From a virus, in the IMG/VR virus record IMGVR_UViG_3300028829_002760, positions 45,935 through 109,934 of that record: a stretch of 64,000 bases of DNA; one strand, written 5' to 3'. Below, piece after piece: positions 39,301 to 49,700 of the stretch. The position numbers were made by a program, and so were the translations under genes. Position 1 is the first letter of the stretch. Every line of letters starts with the position of its first letter. Under the pieces are notes generated by a model. The model saw nothing but the letters and a program-made list of their open reading frames with translations, had not been told where the DNA came from and searched no databases.

Positions 39301-42300
39301 TGCATCCATAGAAGCTGTACTATCACCAGTATAATTTCCTTTAACTTTAGTCTGTGTACCTGCTACATGTTGTAATGTAATTTTAGTATCAGATAGTTTT
39401 TCTCCATATGTACTTGACATTGGATTTAAGTCAAAGATAGAACCAAGTAATTTTGAAAATACACTAAATGTATTATTAGCTTCATTTAACCACCTCATAT
39501 GTTTAAACTTACCGTTTAAATCTGCTTCATCAGTAGTTAACTCTTGCCAGTTCTTAGCAGTATTAATTGCATTAACAATTCTTGTTACTGAGCTATCTAC
39601 CATATGTTCCCAAACTCTTGTTCCTTCAGGAGTTTGAACACTAAAATTAGAATAGGAATCAGAAAACATACTTTGTATTTCTGCTAGTGTTCTAAGTCTA
39701 CTAGATACATCTTGACTTTGAGATTCATCTTCTCTTAATGATTCTGGTAAACCAGTCATAAGCATTGATATAGGATCTTTTTTAAAGTCAAGAGCTGCGG
39801 GCTCATCACTTTTATTTACAATCTTAACAACCTCATACATTCTATCTACACCAAACCTGGTACTAAATGGGTTTTCAGTGCTTTCTATTATTTCTTCTAT
39901 GGCTATGGAAGATTCATCTAGTACAATACCAATAGCTTTAAGAAAGTCATTTGCTTTCCTGTAATTAAATACACCATTTTTTCCAAAGTCTTTTACAACT
40001 TTAGCTGTATTTAATATATTAGTTTCAATACCATTTACACGAACCGTTTCTATGTATGGATTTGAAATAGGATCAGAAGTAATAAAATTAGATTTCCAAT
40101 CTCTAGTAACTTGATATGTATCAAAATTAGCTCTACCTAACTTAGCTTTATATTCATTGTCTTCATCTTTTTCTAAGTTAAGTTGTATATAAGGTATTCT
40201 TGGCTTTTTAAAGTCCTGCCAAAAAGCAGTTTCTAATTTAAACTCTTCTCTTGATGAATATTCTGGTCCATTTAAAACTCTAAATGGGTTTGGTAATACA
40301 TCTAGTAATTGTTGAAGCTCTGGATAGTTATCCATATTATCAAATATTCTAATGTACATATCCATTTCATCATATGAACCTTCTAATATTTTTGCAAGCC
40401 TGTTCCAAGTTATATCTACATCTTGAAGTTCAGGTAATCCAAATAAACCTCTTTTTCTTACAGATTGATCATTTTCTATTTCTGTTTTAAATAAACTAGC
40501 TAACAACATCATAGTTTCTTCCTTAGCTAATTTTTTAGCTGAAACACTATTATCATCTTTTAATTTAAATAAACTACTTTCACTAATATTAGTAGGATCT
40601 TCTACTTCAGTATATTGATCTCTTAATACCTTAAATCTAGATTTTTCTAAATGATATGCTATAACATTCTCTTTTTCACCGCCTTCAAATACATCATTAG
40701 GACCTATATAATTATCTGTAATCTTATCTAATAATTCTAATTCTTCAAGAAATTTAGGATCAGAAATTACTTCTATATCCTCCTCAACTTTTTTGATATA
40801 TGACAATCGAAGTCTTTCAAATTTGTCATAGATATCTCTATAGAGTTCTTTTTTATTATCCTCATCTTTAAGTAAATCAAATGCTCCTGTTGTAGTATTA
40901 AAATCTTGGTTATACTGTTCAAATATAAGAGATGCCATGCTATCCATAGCATCAACTACTTGTTTTGACTCTTGTATAGAAAAGTTTTCATTAATAGTTT
41001 TGGCTCTATTTAATTCACCAAACATTACATTATCCATAGAGGGTGTAAGGTTTGATAATAGTTCAGGATTCTCAGATGCTCTATATAGTTTATCGTAAAG
41101 TTCTTTTACAGATTCTACATTCATTAGATCTGTAGTAACCTCATTCTTAGTTGTCTTACCAAATAATCTTTGTAAAAATTTATAAATCTTATCAAAAATT
41201 CTAGCTAGGAAACCTTTTACTTTACCTTTACCTTTTGATTTAGCATATGTTCTAAATTGTTCAGCAAGATCTTCTTCTATTTGAAAGAAGCTTTTGTTTT
41301 TGTATTTATCTAAAGATTTTATTTCTTGATATAAATTTACTTTCTCATCTTTAGTTAAAAATAATTGTGAAAAACCATGCCATGCCTCATGATAAACATC
41401 TACTGAAGTACCACCATCTCCTTCAAATAATGTAATACCATAACCAGACCATCTAGCAAATGCATTAGAGTTTGTTATTTCAGTAATTCTTTCTAGGCTA
41501 ATATATTTACTTAATGGAGAACTTGCCCACCACTTTTCTGCTGCTTTTCTATCTGCTTTAGATGTGAATATTTTATCAAGATACATGTCTTTAGCTCTGT
41601 CTAATCCTTTTTTCTTGTAACGTGTCTCACTAGACTTACTGTCTTTCAAAACATCATCAAGTAAATGATTTCTAGTAGCTGGATTATCTTTTATATCTTG
41701 TTCTTTTGCTTGAGATTCAGTTTCATCTTCACTAAGCCTTCTTTTAAAACCTATTTTCTTTTTCTTTTTAGACTTAGGAGCTACCTTATCTTTATCTGTT
41801 TTAGGTTTCCTTTTACGTTTAACTGTAAATCTTTTACCAGTATTTTTCTTTTTAGGTGTAGTCTTTTTTTCTCTTAGTACCCTTGCTCTACCTACTTCTA
41901 TATCAGTAACATCTTCTAATAGTCCTTCTGGTATAGTATAATTTAAATATGCATTTAGACCTTTTTCATAATCTAAAAGATCTTCAGTATATTCTAGTTT
42001 AATGTATTTTTTAATTGCATCAAAATGTTTTACAGTTTGTGTTTTAATTACATCACCCTCAAAAATATAATCAGTAAAAGTTTTACCTTTTAATGAATTT
42101 TTATAATGTACATTAGCAGGGAAGTATCCATTTTCTCCTTCTTTCTTTTGACCCGCTTTTAATTTTTTAGGTATTGCATTTAATAAATGATTCTTAATCA
42201 TTTGTTTACCTTCTTCAGTAAACAAAACATCATTTGAAATTGGTTTACCGTTTATATATACTTTATAATCTTTTCTTTTAAGTTTTTCTAAAACCTTAAC

Positions 42301-43764
42301 TTGGATTCTATCTCTATTTATGTTAGAATTTTCTACTCTAGCATTATTGATAAAGATTTCAAAATAATCTTTTCTTTCTTCAGGTGTTAACTCTCTACCT
42401 TTTAATTTAGCTGTAGTAGTAAGAACTTCTGCAATTTTATCTGCTAATTGCTCATCCATATCTCCTCTTTGAAGTTGGAGTTTAAATGGTTCAGTATTTT
42501 CAGTTCCAGGTATTTTTCTTTGTACAATAATATATTGACTACCTTGTCTTTTACCTACTGTTTCTGCAGTATAGTTTTTTAATTCTTCTTCAGTTACATT
42601 AGCTTCTTGTAAAGTTACAGCAACCTTTTTACGATTAGATTGTCCTAATGTTCCAGATACAATAGGTAATATAATAGTCATGTCGTCATTTTCCTCAATC
42701 GTTGTTCTTAAAGCATAAAGAGTATTTAACTCTATCTTTTGACGTTCAGCTATTACATCTTCTAATTTTTGTAATTGTTTCTCAGTTACTTTACCACCAT
42801 TATTTTCTATAAGTTCTGCTTGTTGTTGAGCTAATACTTTTGGCTCTACCATATTGTATTTTCTATAAGCAGTGTTTGATAATAAAAGTTTACCTTTTTC
42901 CTTAACAACTCTTCTAAGATATTGATATACAATTCTTCCCTCTTCTGGATTATCAGTTAAAGTGCCATCTTCTCTAAAATAAAGAAAGTTACCTTCTTTA
43001 TCAGTTATAACAGCAGTAATACCTCGACTTTTAGTCTCTTTGTTAAGATATGCTTCATCCGATGTAGTTAATAGTTTAGGATCAATATTTCTTGTTTGCA
43101 TAGCAGTTAATGCTATTTCAACATCCTCATACATAATAGGTTCAGTAATATCACTTCTGTTCCTAGCTATAAGACCTATTGCCTTTACTACGTCTGAAAA
43201 TAATTTTTTTTCTGGATCAATTCTATCTTTATCTTCTTCTGAAACAGTTTCTGGATTAGCAGCTATAGCAATTTGATATGTGGTTGTCCATGCACTTGTT
43301 ACTTTTGCACCATTAAATTGATTAAATGACCAAAATAATAATTCGTCAATTGGAGGATTTGGATCTATAGATGTATCTTTTCTTGTCTTATTAGCATCTT
43401 TTATTTCAGCATCTATTTCATCTTTAGATTTTTTTTTGGTTGCTAATGCTTTACCAACTTCAGTAAGATCTTTAAAATTTTTCCTTTGTTTATTAAGGGC
43501 TGTAAAATCAAAATCTTTATCAACCAGATAATCATTTACTTCTTCATCAAGATTTACTAAGTTAAAGATGTCTGGAATAGCTTGAGCATAGTACAAAGCT
43601 TTTACCTCATCCTCTGAAGCTTCTTTAACTGCAGCATAGATATCTTTTATAGTTTGATCTAAATCAAACTTAGGCAGTCTGTTATCATTAATTCTATCTA
43701 TTATTTCTCCATATAGAATTTTATATACATCTCCTACTTGCTTTTCATTTAAACTACAGGCCAT
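33391..43764 (-). CDS. Virion-packaged two-barrel RNA polymerase (crAss-like vRNAP, 3457 aa) with zincin and NADAR-like accessory domains
   Basis: ADGQGWIS, HKFSL, ESGSKV, GVRIPVQG and catalytic GGDFDIDKL (about 36890-36915), as in phi14:2-type vRNAP; HEAWH...EEDLAE; C-terminal LSNLA...SVEHAYQ. Confidence 0.92.
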   Translation of the reverse strand: MACSLNEKQVGDVYKILYGEIIDRINDNRLPKFDLDQTIKDIYAAVKEASEDEVKALYYAQAIPDIFNLVNLDEEVNDYLVDKDFDFTALNKQRKNFKDLTEVGKALATKKKSKDEIDAEIKDANKTRKDTSIDPNPPIDELLFWSFNQFNGAKVTSAWTTTYQIAIAANPETVSEEDKDRIDPEKKLFSDVVKAIGLIARNRSDITEPIMYEDVEIALTAMQTRNIDPKLLTTSDEAYLNKETKSRGITAVITDKEGNFLYFREDGTLTDNPEEGRIVYQYLRRVVKEKGKLLLSNTAYRKYNMVEPKVLAQQQAELIENNGGKVTEKQLQKLEDVIAERQKIELNTLYALRTTIEENDDMTIILPIVSGTLGQSNRKKVAVTLQEANVTEEELKNYTAETVGKRQGSQYIIVQRKIPGTENTEPFKLQLQRGDMDEQLADKIAEVLTTTAKLKGRELTPEERKDYFEIFINNARVENSNINRDRIQVKVLEKLKRKDYKVYINGKPISNDVLFTEEGKQMIKNHLLNAIPKKLKAGQKKEGENGYFPANVHYKNSLKGKTFTDYIFEGDVIKTQTVKHFDAIKKYIKLEYTEDLLDYEKGLNAYLNYTIPEGLLEDVTDIEVGRARVLREKKTTPKKKNTGKRFTVKRKRKPKTDKDKVAPKSKKKKKIGFKRRLSEDETESQAKEQDIKDNPATRNHLLDDVLKDSKSSETRYKKKGLDRAKDMYLDKIFTSKADRKAAEKWWASSPLSKYISLERITEITNSNAFARWSGYGITLFEGDGGTSVDVYHEAWHGFSQLFLTKDEKVNLYQEIKSLDKYKNKSFFQIEEDLAEQFRTYAKSKGKGKVKGFLARIFDKIYKFLQRLFGKTTKNEVTTDLMNVESVKELYDKLYRASENPELLSNLTPSMDNVMFGELNRAKTINENFSIQESKQVVDAMDSMASLIFEQYNQDFNTTTGAFDLLKDEDNKKELYRDIYDKFERLRLSYIKKVEEDIEVISDPKFLEELELLDKITDNYIGPNDVFEGGEKENVIAYHLEKSRFKVLRDQYTEVEDPTNISESSLFKLKDDNSVSAKKLAKEETMMLLASLFKTEIENDQSVRKRGLFGLPELQDVDITWNRLAKILEGSYDEMDMYIRIFDNMDNYPELQQLLDVLPNPFRVLNGPEYSSREEFKLETAFWQDFKKPRIPYIQLNLEKDEDNEYKAKLGRANFDTYQVTRDWKSNFITSDPISNPYIETVRVNGIETNILNTAKVVKDFGKNGVFNYRKANDFLKAIGIVLDESSIAIEEIIESTENPFSTRFGVDRMYEVVKIVNKSDEPAALDFKKDPISMLMTGLPESLREDESQSQDVSSRLRTLAEIQSMFSDSYSNFSVQTPEGTRVWEHMVDSSVTRIVNAINTAKNWQELTTDEADLNGKFKHMRWLNEANNTFSVFSKLLGSIFDLNPMSSTYGEKLSDTKITLQHVAGTQTKVKGNYTGDSTASMDATSKFLQEIHTMLLNGVEEFMRHASKNTALGMTVDGTIQTYNGKKDNKLYVDIESFVGYSDGEIKAYDIIEGYIAAEANRIVRFQQQKDKFKNYAGYNRKVKRKDENKTTVMAGQAFTAFDDVLKEDVQDELYKILDKASKDVNNNFNLMDELDDQFDLREKIRSNVYEYFSKDTKENYERLQEAKYIDEGLYQRFELINPGLTQKDIETSLMSAYTYNSFIHKMETVALAYGDLVQYNHAKEEFHKRNAGLASGGKGFRADQRAQIYVSSLKKYYADRLGYESRNYDGTFRTAILKEITIKSEMFDEYRKSIYDSVYERTGSKTVAKNIADKAIEEYGKMDIADGQGWISFETYRQLKELESNWSTEQEQLYRRVAMGENITAEDIVEFFPSYKLQYFGNIEATGLPVNSFHKFSLAPLIPGVAKAGTPLYDLHQKMMKDQMDYVLMESGSKVSHIGTGDVVLNEDGSFNKDSEFTVNTIYAEFLKNQTEVNSEYKFKTIFSTQLRKLILEGLYERGVIKSTKYEEITNERVKRYIDHVEEYTELLKLELLEEMGYEETSPGQYKAKDKSSTAKLLNIIRTNLEREDVLSDDLIEFIDVFDNSGKIQHDLSFHPESGKIEKLILSMINKRVIKQKVNGEPLVQVSVGMFQNQFAKPDLRKATKDEIAKWASASYLLPTYHKKSDGYTAAAKVMIAMQGTYYNLFNLEYENDESIGVYNEDNELNMDKSLERLNEKIKDDSWLDANNGANRKAITLVGVRIPVQGLNSMEFAEVFEFLPPQAGNIIVPPAEIVAKSGGDFDIDKLTIFMNTLDEDGSVIKRSYSDLQSIKDLRGTDNFLGAVKNQKAALENELINDIKEILELPDNYASLIMPNGTFILKGIADQLAQYVSKYNPKKNKMTKDTGEMSPTRVLEALYNVYKHESNIVGKKTLGLGAIENTFNVIMNAIGAYMPNTYKIKEVLRESNMRLRHNKMTSKNGDEVISISDMYDVDGVNKVADVISQMMNGWVDVEKDAWVFFIQGNYEVAPTLLYMIKAGVPVKEAIYFVSNPLVRDYVTEQRLFKSTFAEALGKDVGASGLAKYKAASEVIRKYFDFDELSPRSKNDARYNKGQQLLDKFFSKKRKNHFTESQMLKAIKENDTESDLVKSMFLHYLELEQQIGGYTKLKMASNPDTSTKTTLSDVEQTEANLDELFYDSRVPLEVVNAMRNDSILRSFFNGPLALAVSRPLFELRYHPEISRFLISKKDSIRMDLENTFPGQNVEMFSNVFRNDIVSFILQNAIRKYNSKDGFMSLDLQTKIPTKLVKKLNRGAFIKDGVLYMDMKQLEKEFKKSAWEEDSDVKNSYEDRGLYPLHPSTFRTNSQTNFDEYLKFVAQREYLRYLNPLTKDYAKTKTFKDELNLTKEIMPELTQEKAVRYAYEKLLAIEALDNSFNMFHLFESENAFAIRFMIMLQDNPELGRTYNVVKKFKLDGGKEDGVYNIYLADKDFDSDKSNLYTDDLKKLANPGYSKVEDPIENLRISKMFDYLNLYSFLQTGLNKTKLNFTNVVDYNNFLSILENESKDFISALEKNGQGILSNFYDMFLDINARTNQNKNRFKDYISDMELDTVKSTETTETTELETGVKPTGTINVYWGQAESKTSTKILSNLAPRTFTWEGREYGSVEHAYQSNKSGEFDQSTYDKYIDAGGYGTKIRGKKVKKSFDNLQLMKDLVVESFLQNRNSEAATKLLQYEKFTHNTNYVIDKAFLEGLKLAQNALLDRGAKTVIDTTNMDTEVVKRRLGLRNTEETDVYTYNDNNATNTFYYSNISKNNPDVVFLHNTSVFEIRPEQKDNGIVLGGSSYFMTEVGDMSINFPTDLYSHIKDGRKVELPPSEYDNLKKIWENRIATVKKIQEKNGKIAFPEYGLGDRNTMPQELFVYLSKRLFEDFQFVNPGSTKFEEINKMVGIVQGITDEEILLQLELEEDPFKCS

Positions 43765-43765
43765 T

Positions 43766-46700
43766 TTAACATTCTTTAGAATTATCTTTTAAATCATTGA
43801 ATCTAGAATTAACATCAGAGTTTCTAGAGTCCTCTTTAAGTTTATTAGTTAATTTAGTGTCATTAGCTAAATCTTTTACAATATCTTTTGACTCATTTGA
43901 TCCCTCTATATCTACTGGATCTACCTCTACTTCTGGAATAGGTTGAGTTGCTTCTTTTGTTGTTTTATCAAAATTATTCATTAGATCTTCTTCTTTAATG
44001 GTAATCTGTTCATTACTTAATATATTTCTTAAACGTACAGATTGTTTGTTGACTCTTACAATTTCAAAAATTGTATTTTCTTCGTTGTCAAAGATAGGAT
44101 TTTTAAGAATAAGATACTCACCTTTACTCACAGTATCTAAAGACATCTGTGTATTTAATTGCTCTATCCTAGCATCATATGCATCTTTAAGAACACCAGC
44201 ATTTTCTTTATTTTTTAATACCTCTAAAACAGCTGCTTGATAGACTTCTTTAATATTATCTAGGTTAGCACTATTAATCTTTTCAACTAACTTATCAATG
44301 TCTGTCTCTGTTTTTATAGGTTCAGATTCTGTTGATAAAGTTGGATCTACTTGAGTTCTTGCTCCTTTTACTATCTTTTTGAGTTCTTCTCTTGAAGATT
44401 GTCCAGGAACGTCCTCTGGTTTTCCTGATTCAGTCCTTTCATTCTTAGATACACGAGTCCTTTTCTGTACTTTTTGCTCTCCTGTGAAGATTTTTTGGAC
44501 TTTTCTGAAGTTTTTGATTTTGCCATCTTTTGTTAATTTAATTAGTTCAAGATCATTTTGTAATTCTAATAAAGCATTTATTTGATTTTGTATGTCATCA
44601 GTAAGATCACCTCTATTTAATATACTATATCCTAATTGATATAGTTGCTCTACTGTATCTTCTATCCATAATTGAATTTTAAGTAAATCTGTAGAATATA
44701 CAGGAGACTTAACATTTCCATCTAATAATCTATCTAATGCTTCTGGATAATTCTCTGCTAGTATTTCAGTAATAGATTTAGATACAGCAGCAGACAAAGA
44801 TAACTTATCTATTTCTTTTAAGTCTTGTATTTCATCTAGTTTATTAGACTTAGCAGTTAATCTTTGGAAATTATTAGGTAATCTGTTTAATGCAAAAATA
44901 TAATTGTCAGCATTAGAACCATATATATATGTTTTCTTATTACTGTCGTATAAAGATTTTCTTCTAGAACTTAAAGAATCTATTTCAGATTTTAATTCTG
45001 ATATCCTACTTAAAATTTTATTTCTTTTAAACTCATCTGTTTCGTTCTGAAAATTAGATCTAAGTCTTCCAATCTTATTACCTAATTCACCAATTTCTTT
45101 ATCTATTTTAGACATATCAGCATCATTAGACATATATGACAATGCTGTGATTTCTCCTGTTTGATTTCTTAGTACATCATATCTTACACCATTAATACTT
45201 GCTACAGTATCTTCTGCATTAGAAAATGATGCATCTACAACCTCTCCTTCAATAACAGATACTTGACCAATATTTTCTACTGGTGCCATTATTTGCAATC
45301 CTACATCAGCAAGTGTAAGTTTTTCATTAACTATATTGACATTTAGCTTTTCTATTGGGAATACTTCAAATAAACCTTCCTGAGACTCAATTGCTTTTTC
45401 AAGTTTCTCTATCGTAGAATCAAGTTCATCTAACTCTTCTTTACTTCCATATTCTTGTGCTGCAATTCTATCTAATTTAAAAGTATCTAAAGTCATTTGC
45501 ACTAACTCTAGATCTACTTTAGTAGCAACTTCAATAGCAAATGTTCCATCTGCCATTTGAATAAGTTTCCCTACACGTCCTTTGTACATTACATTTTTAC
45601 CTATATTATCTTCTAATGTAAGTTTTGAAGGATCTGTTCCCTCATATCCTGGGGTAGATTTAGTAGTTTCTTTAGTTCGGACAACAAGATTTTCAGGTTC
45701 AGTTTTTACTACACCAAACTCTTCTATTTCAGGTAAGTATTCTAGATCAACTGTATCTTGACCAGTAGGAACTATACCTGCTAATTCTATATCCTCTATA
45801 TAACCAACTCTTTTCTTTTTAGTTTTATCTAATGTAAGACTAAAAGGCATTAGTTTCAATTCTGGAGTAATTCCAGTACTATTATGGAACATATAACCAT
45901 ATATAGATTGCTGTGCCCTAAAATATATAGACTTCTCATATTTACTTTGATCTGGCTTACCAAAATTTTGCCACTTTCTTTCAGTACTTGTTTTAATATC
46001 TACAATAGCAACTGTACCATCTTCCTTAACAAGAATTAAATCAACCTCACCAGTAATACCATTATCTCTTAAAGTTCTATCAAATAGTTTTACATTCTCC
46101 GATAATATTATATAACTACCATCAACAATACCAAGTCTAAATCTAGTTACAATACCACCACCACTTTCTGTAGATACTGGAGCAAATAATTTATCAAATG
46201 CTTTTCTTGACATAACATCTGATATTTTTGTCATTTTACCTTTTATCTCTAACTCAGAGTCATAAGTAAATTCACTAAAGTTAGATTTAGTAGATGCATT
46301 AGGAGTTAGAAATATTCTTATTAAATCATCAACAACATTACCTGCATCAGAAGATTCCCTAAATGCTTCTCTTTTTAAGATTTCTTTTAACCCTTTAAAA
46401 CTACCATCTGTTTCTAATGAATTTCTAATAGCAGCAAGTTTTTCTGGATAAGCAAATGCAGGATAACCTGGACTTTCTCTAGTACCTTTACGATAAACTC
46501 TTTCTTCAAAAGCTATCATAAATGCATTTACCTTATCTTCTGGAGCTACACTATCATCATTAAAAATTTGATCATACAGTTTTTCTATTGGGGACTTTTT
46601 AAGAATTTCACCCGTCTCTTCATCTACTTCATCTTTTAACCCTTGGTAGATAAAAGCATCTGTTTGTTTTATATCATTCTCAACTTCTTCTGCTACTTTA

Positions 46701-49700
46701 GTTGTTCTTTCAGGTCGTGCTTCTGAGTCTTTAAACTTTCTCCCAATCTGATTACCATCTTCATCATAAATAGGTTCAAGCTCATCTTGCTTGTTAATAA
46801 TGTTATCTTGTATAAGATTTACAGTTTCCTCTGCAATATTTCTTGGTGCAGCAACATCTACTCTTGCTTTTAAATATCCTTTTAATGAAGCTAAATCTGA
46901 TTCAATATCTTTAATATTTGCTTTAGTAAGTTTTACTTTTTTACCTGATTTATTAGGATATGATCCATCTTTAAGAAACTTTTCAAATATTTTTATTACT
47001 TGAGCTATTTCATATGTAGTATTTTCAGCACCAATCTGTTTATTAATAAACTTTAACTTAGGAGGTTCAGCTAATCTTTTTGCTTTTTCTTCAGCTTGAA
47101 GTTTAGATTTTTCATTGATGTTTGTAATCAATTCTCCCTGACCCTCTAACCAATTTTTTCTTAATCTTTCATATTGAATCGGATCATTATCTTTAAGTTC
47201 TATATCCTCTTCTAAAGTATCTACTAAATACTCATCAAACAGTTTTGTTATCTCATCTTGATACTCTTGATCAAAATCATCAAATTCTGTTTTAGTAGTA
47301 TATACTTTAGGAGTAAATTCATCTACACCTTCTTTTTCAAACTCAGCTTTAACATCTGCTATAAGTTGATCATATTTTTCATTTATTTGATCAACAGCTT
47401 CTTGAAACTTAATATAAGGTTCAGTTTCTTCAATGTTAATTGTTTTTTTAGAAGGTTCTTTATTTAGCTCTAACTCTACTTCAGATAATTTGTTAGCTGC
47501 ATAATCTCTATATTCTAAAGCCAATAAAGTAGTAGTAACCCTTGTATCAGTATCAGTAATATTTTCAAATTTTAAACTTAACTCTTGTGCTTCTTTTATT
47601 CTTTCTGGATTATTTGCAAACTCACGTTCTTTTTGTGCAAGAAATTCAGGACCTTTTATATTGTCCTTTCTCATTATTTTATCTGCAATAACGTCAGCAG
47701 CTGCTTGTATTTCTACAGCATCAATAGATTCTCGTAATGTTTTTAATGCATCTTCTAAAATCTTTTTATCAGCTTCAAGTTCTGCTCTCCTATCTTCATT
47801 AAGAGTTTCACCTGCAATACGTTTTTTCTCTTCAGACTCATATTCATCTTGAGTTATTCCAAACTTCTCTTCAAACTCTTTGTTGTATTTATCTGTCTCT
47901 TTTTTAATTAAAAGATTTCTTTCATCATTTAATTCTTCAATTTTTTTATCTAACTTTTCTCTTAAACTAAGTTTTTCACCAGCAGGTCTTTTTTCATCTA
48001 ATATTGCAGCACGTCTTAAAACATCCATGTAATCTTCATATAGAAGACTACCTTTATTAATCATTCTATTAGTCTTTACGTCTATAAAATATTCTGGATA
48101 ATAATTATGATCCTCAACCCATTTAGCAAATTCTTCTAAGTCTAGATAAATACCTTGGTCAGCCAAAGTGTTTAAAAGAGTGTTTCTTTCTATGGCAGAA
48201 ATTTCTTGATTAACTATATCTTTAACGAGATCTTCTCTATTATCGTATAGTTTTTTCATAAACCTGAAGTTTCTAACTACATGTTCATAAAAACCATTTG
48301 GACTAGATAGTAATGTTACATAACTATTTAGTACAGAATTTTCATTTCTTAAAAGAAGACTATCAAGTAATGCGTCATACATAACATCTATACCACCTTG
48401 ACTATCAATCTCATTTTGTATGTTAAGTCTATCTTGATTAGTCTCACCTAAACCAATTAATAAATTTTTAAATGATTCCTTAAATGTATCTTTATTTTTA
48501 GTTGATCCTTTTTCAAATTCATCAAGAATTTCTTTAAAGATTTTTAAACTTACTTCTTCATCTTTACCTTTAACATCATCAAGCTGTTCAATTTCCTCTA
48601 TTTTCTTTTTTAGAAGTTCACTACTGGTAAATAGTTTATATGCTCCTTCTAAATTTTCATTATATCTAGTATATAATTCTAAAAGTTCTCTTTTATTACT
48701 TAATTCAGCAATTGCTTCTTGTGTTGTTACAGACTCTAAAGTTTCTATATCAGTTTTTAACATTTCAATTTCTCTAACTAAACCTTGAGGATCAATTAAA
48801 ACACTCATGTCATTCATAGGTGTTTGTCCCAAACTAGTTATAGAATTAAACTGTTTATAAAGTGAATTAATTCTACCTAAGTTATCATCAAAAGACTCAT
48901 GTAAAAAAGTATATGTATTCAGCGCAAGACTAAATGCTTTATTATATACTTGAGCCATTCTATATTCCTCAGTATCTTTCTCATAATTATTAAGATCAAT
49001 TCTGAGATCTTTCATTTTTTCTTTAGCTGTGTTATATCTAAATGCAGTTTTTTCTGCTTCTTTCAATGTTTTACCAAATCTTTCTAAAGCTTTTTCACCT
49101 TGTCCTGGTTGTAAATCCCATGCTTCTTCAATATCACGTGCAGAAGCTTGTTCATATTTTTTATAATGTTCCAAGAACATATTGAATGTGCCTCTTTCTA
49201 AAGATGAATATAATGCAGACTGAAATGCTGCAAACTCAGTATCTCTTATTTCTTTTGTAGTATGTTCTTCAGGATTATCAATTACTTTGGACATTAGTCC
49301 TTGTTGAGCATGATTACTAATTCTAGGATCAAAAAAGAAATTTGCATTTTTATATAGAGTATTTAATTCACTTACTATATCATCTGCCATCTGCTCTCTA
49401 TCATTCATGTAAGTTTTAAACTGAGCATCTTTTTTAAAGTAATCATTATACCCAACTGTAGCATATGATTTAATTTTACCAGGAGCTTGTAGTATTGTAC
49501 CCATTAAAAAACCTGACATAAATACTTCAAATCCTTGAGCACTCCATTGTTTAGCAATAGCATCTCCTAGTATACCTGATGCATATCTTATGTTTCTAGA
49601 ATCAGGATTTTTAAAAGCTTCTAAATAATAATGTTGTGTAGCTTCTTGTAAAACATCTTGAGCAACCTCTTGAACACCTTCCATTACATTAGCTTTAAAG

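Noticed and set aside
22342-43764. Inteins or introns in the DNA polymerase or vRNAP
   Set aside because: The polymerase is compact and uninterrupted; the vRNAP has no internal Cys, and I saw no intein splice-junction or LAGLIDADG motifs.
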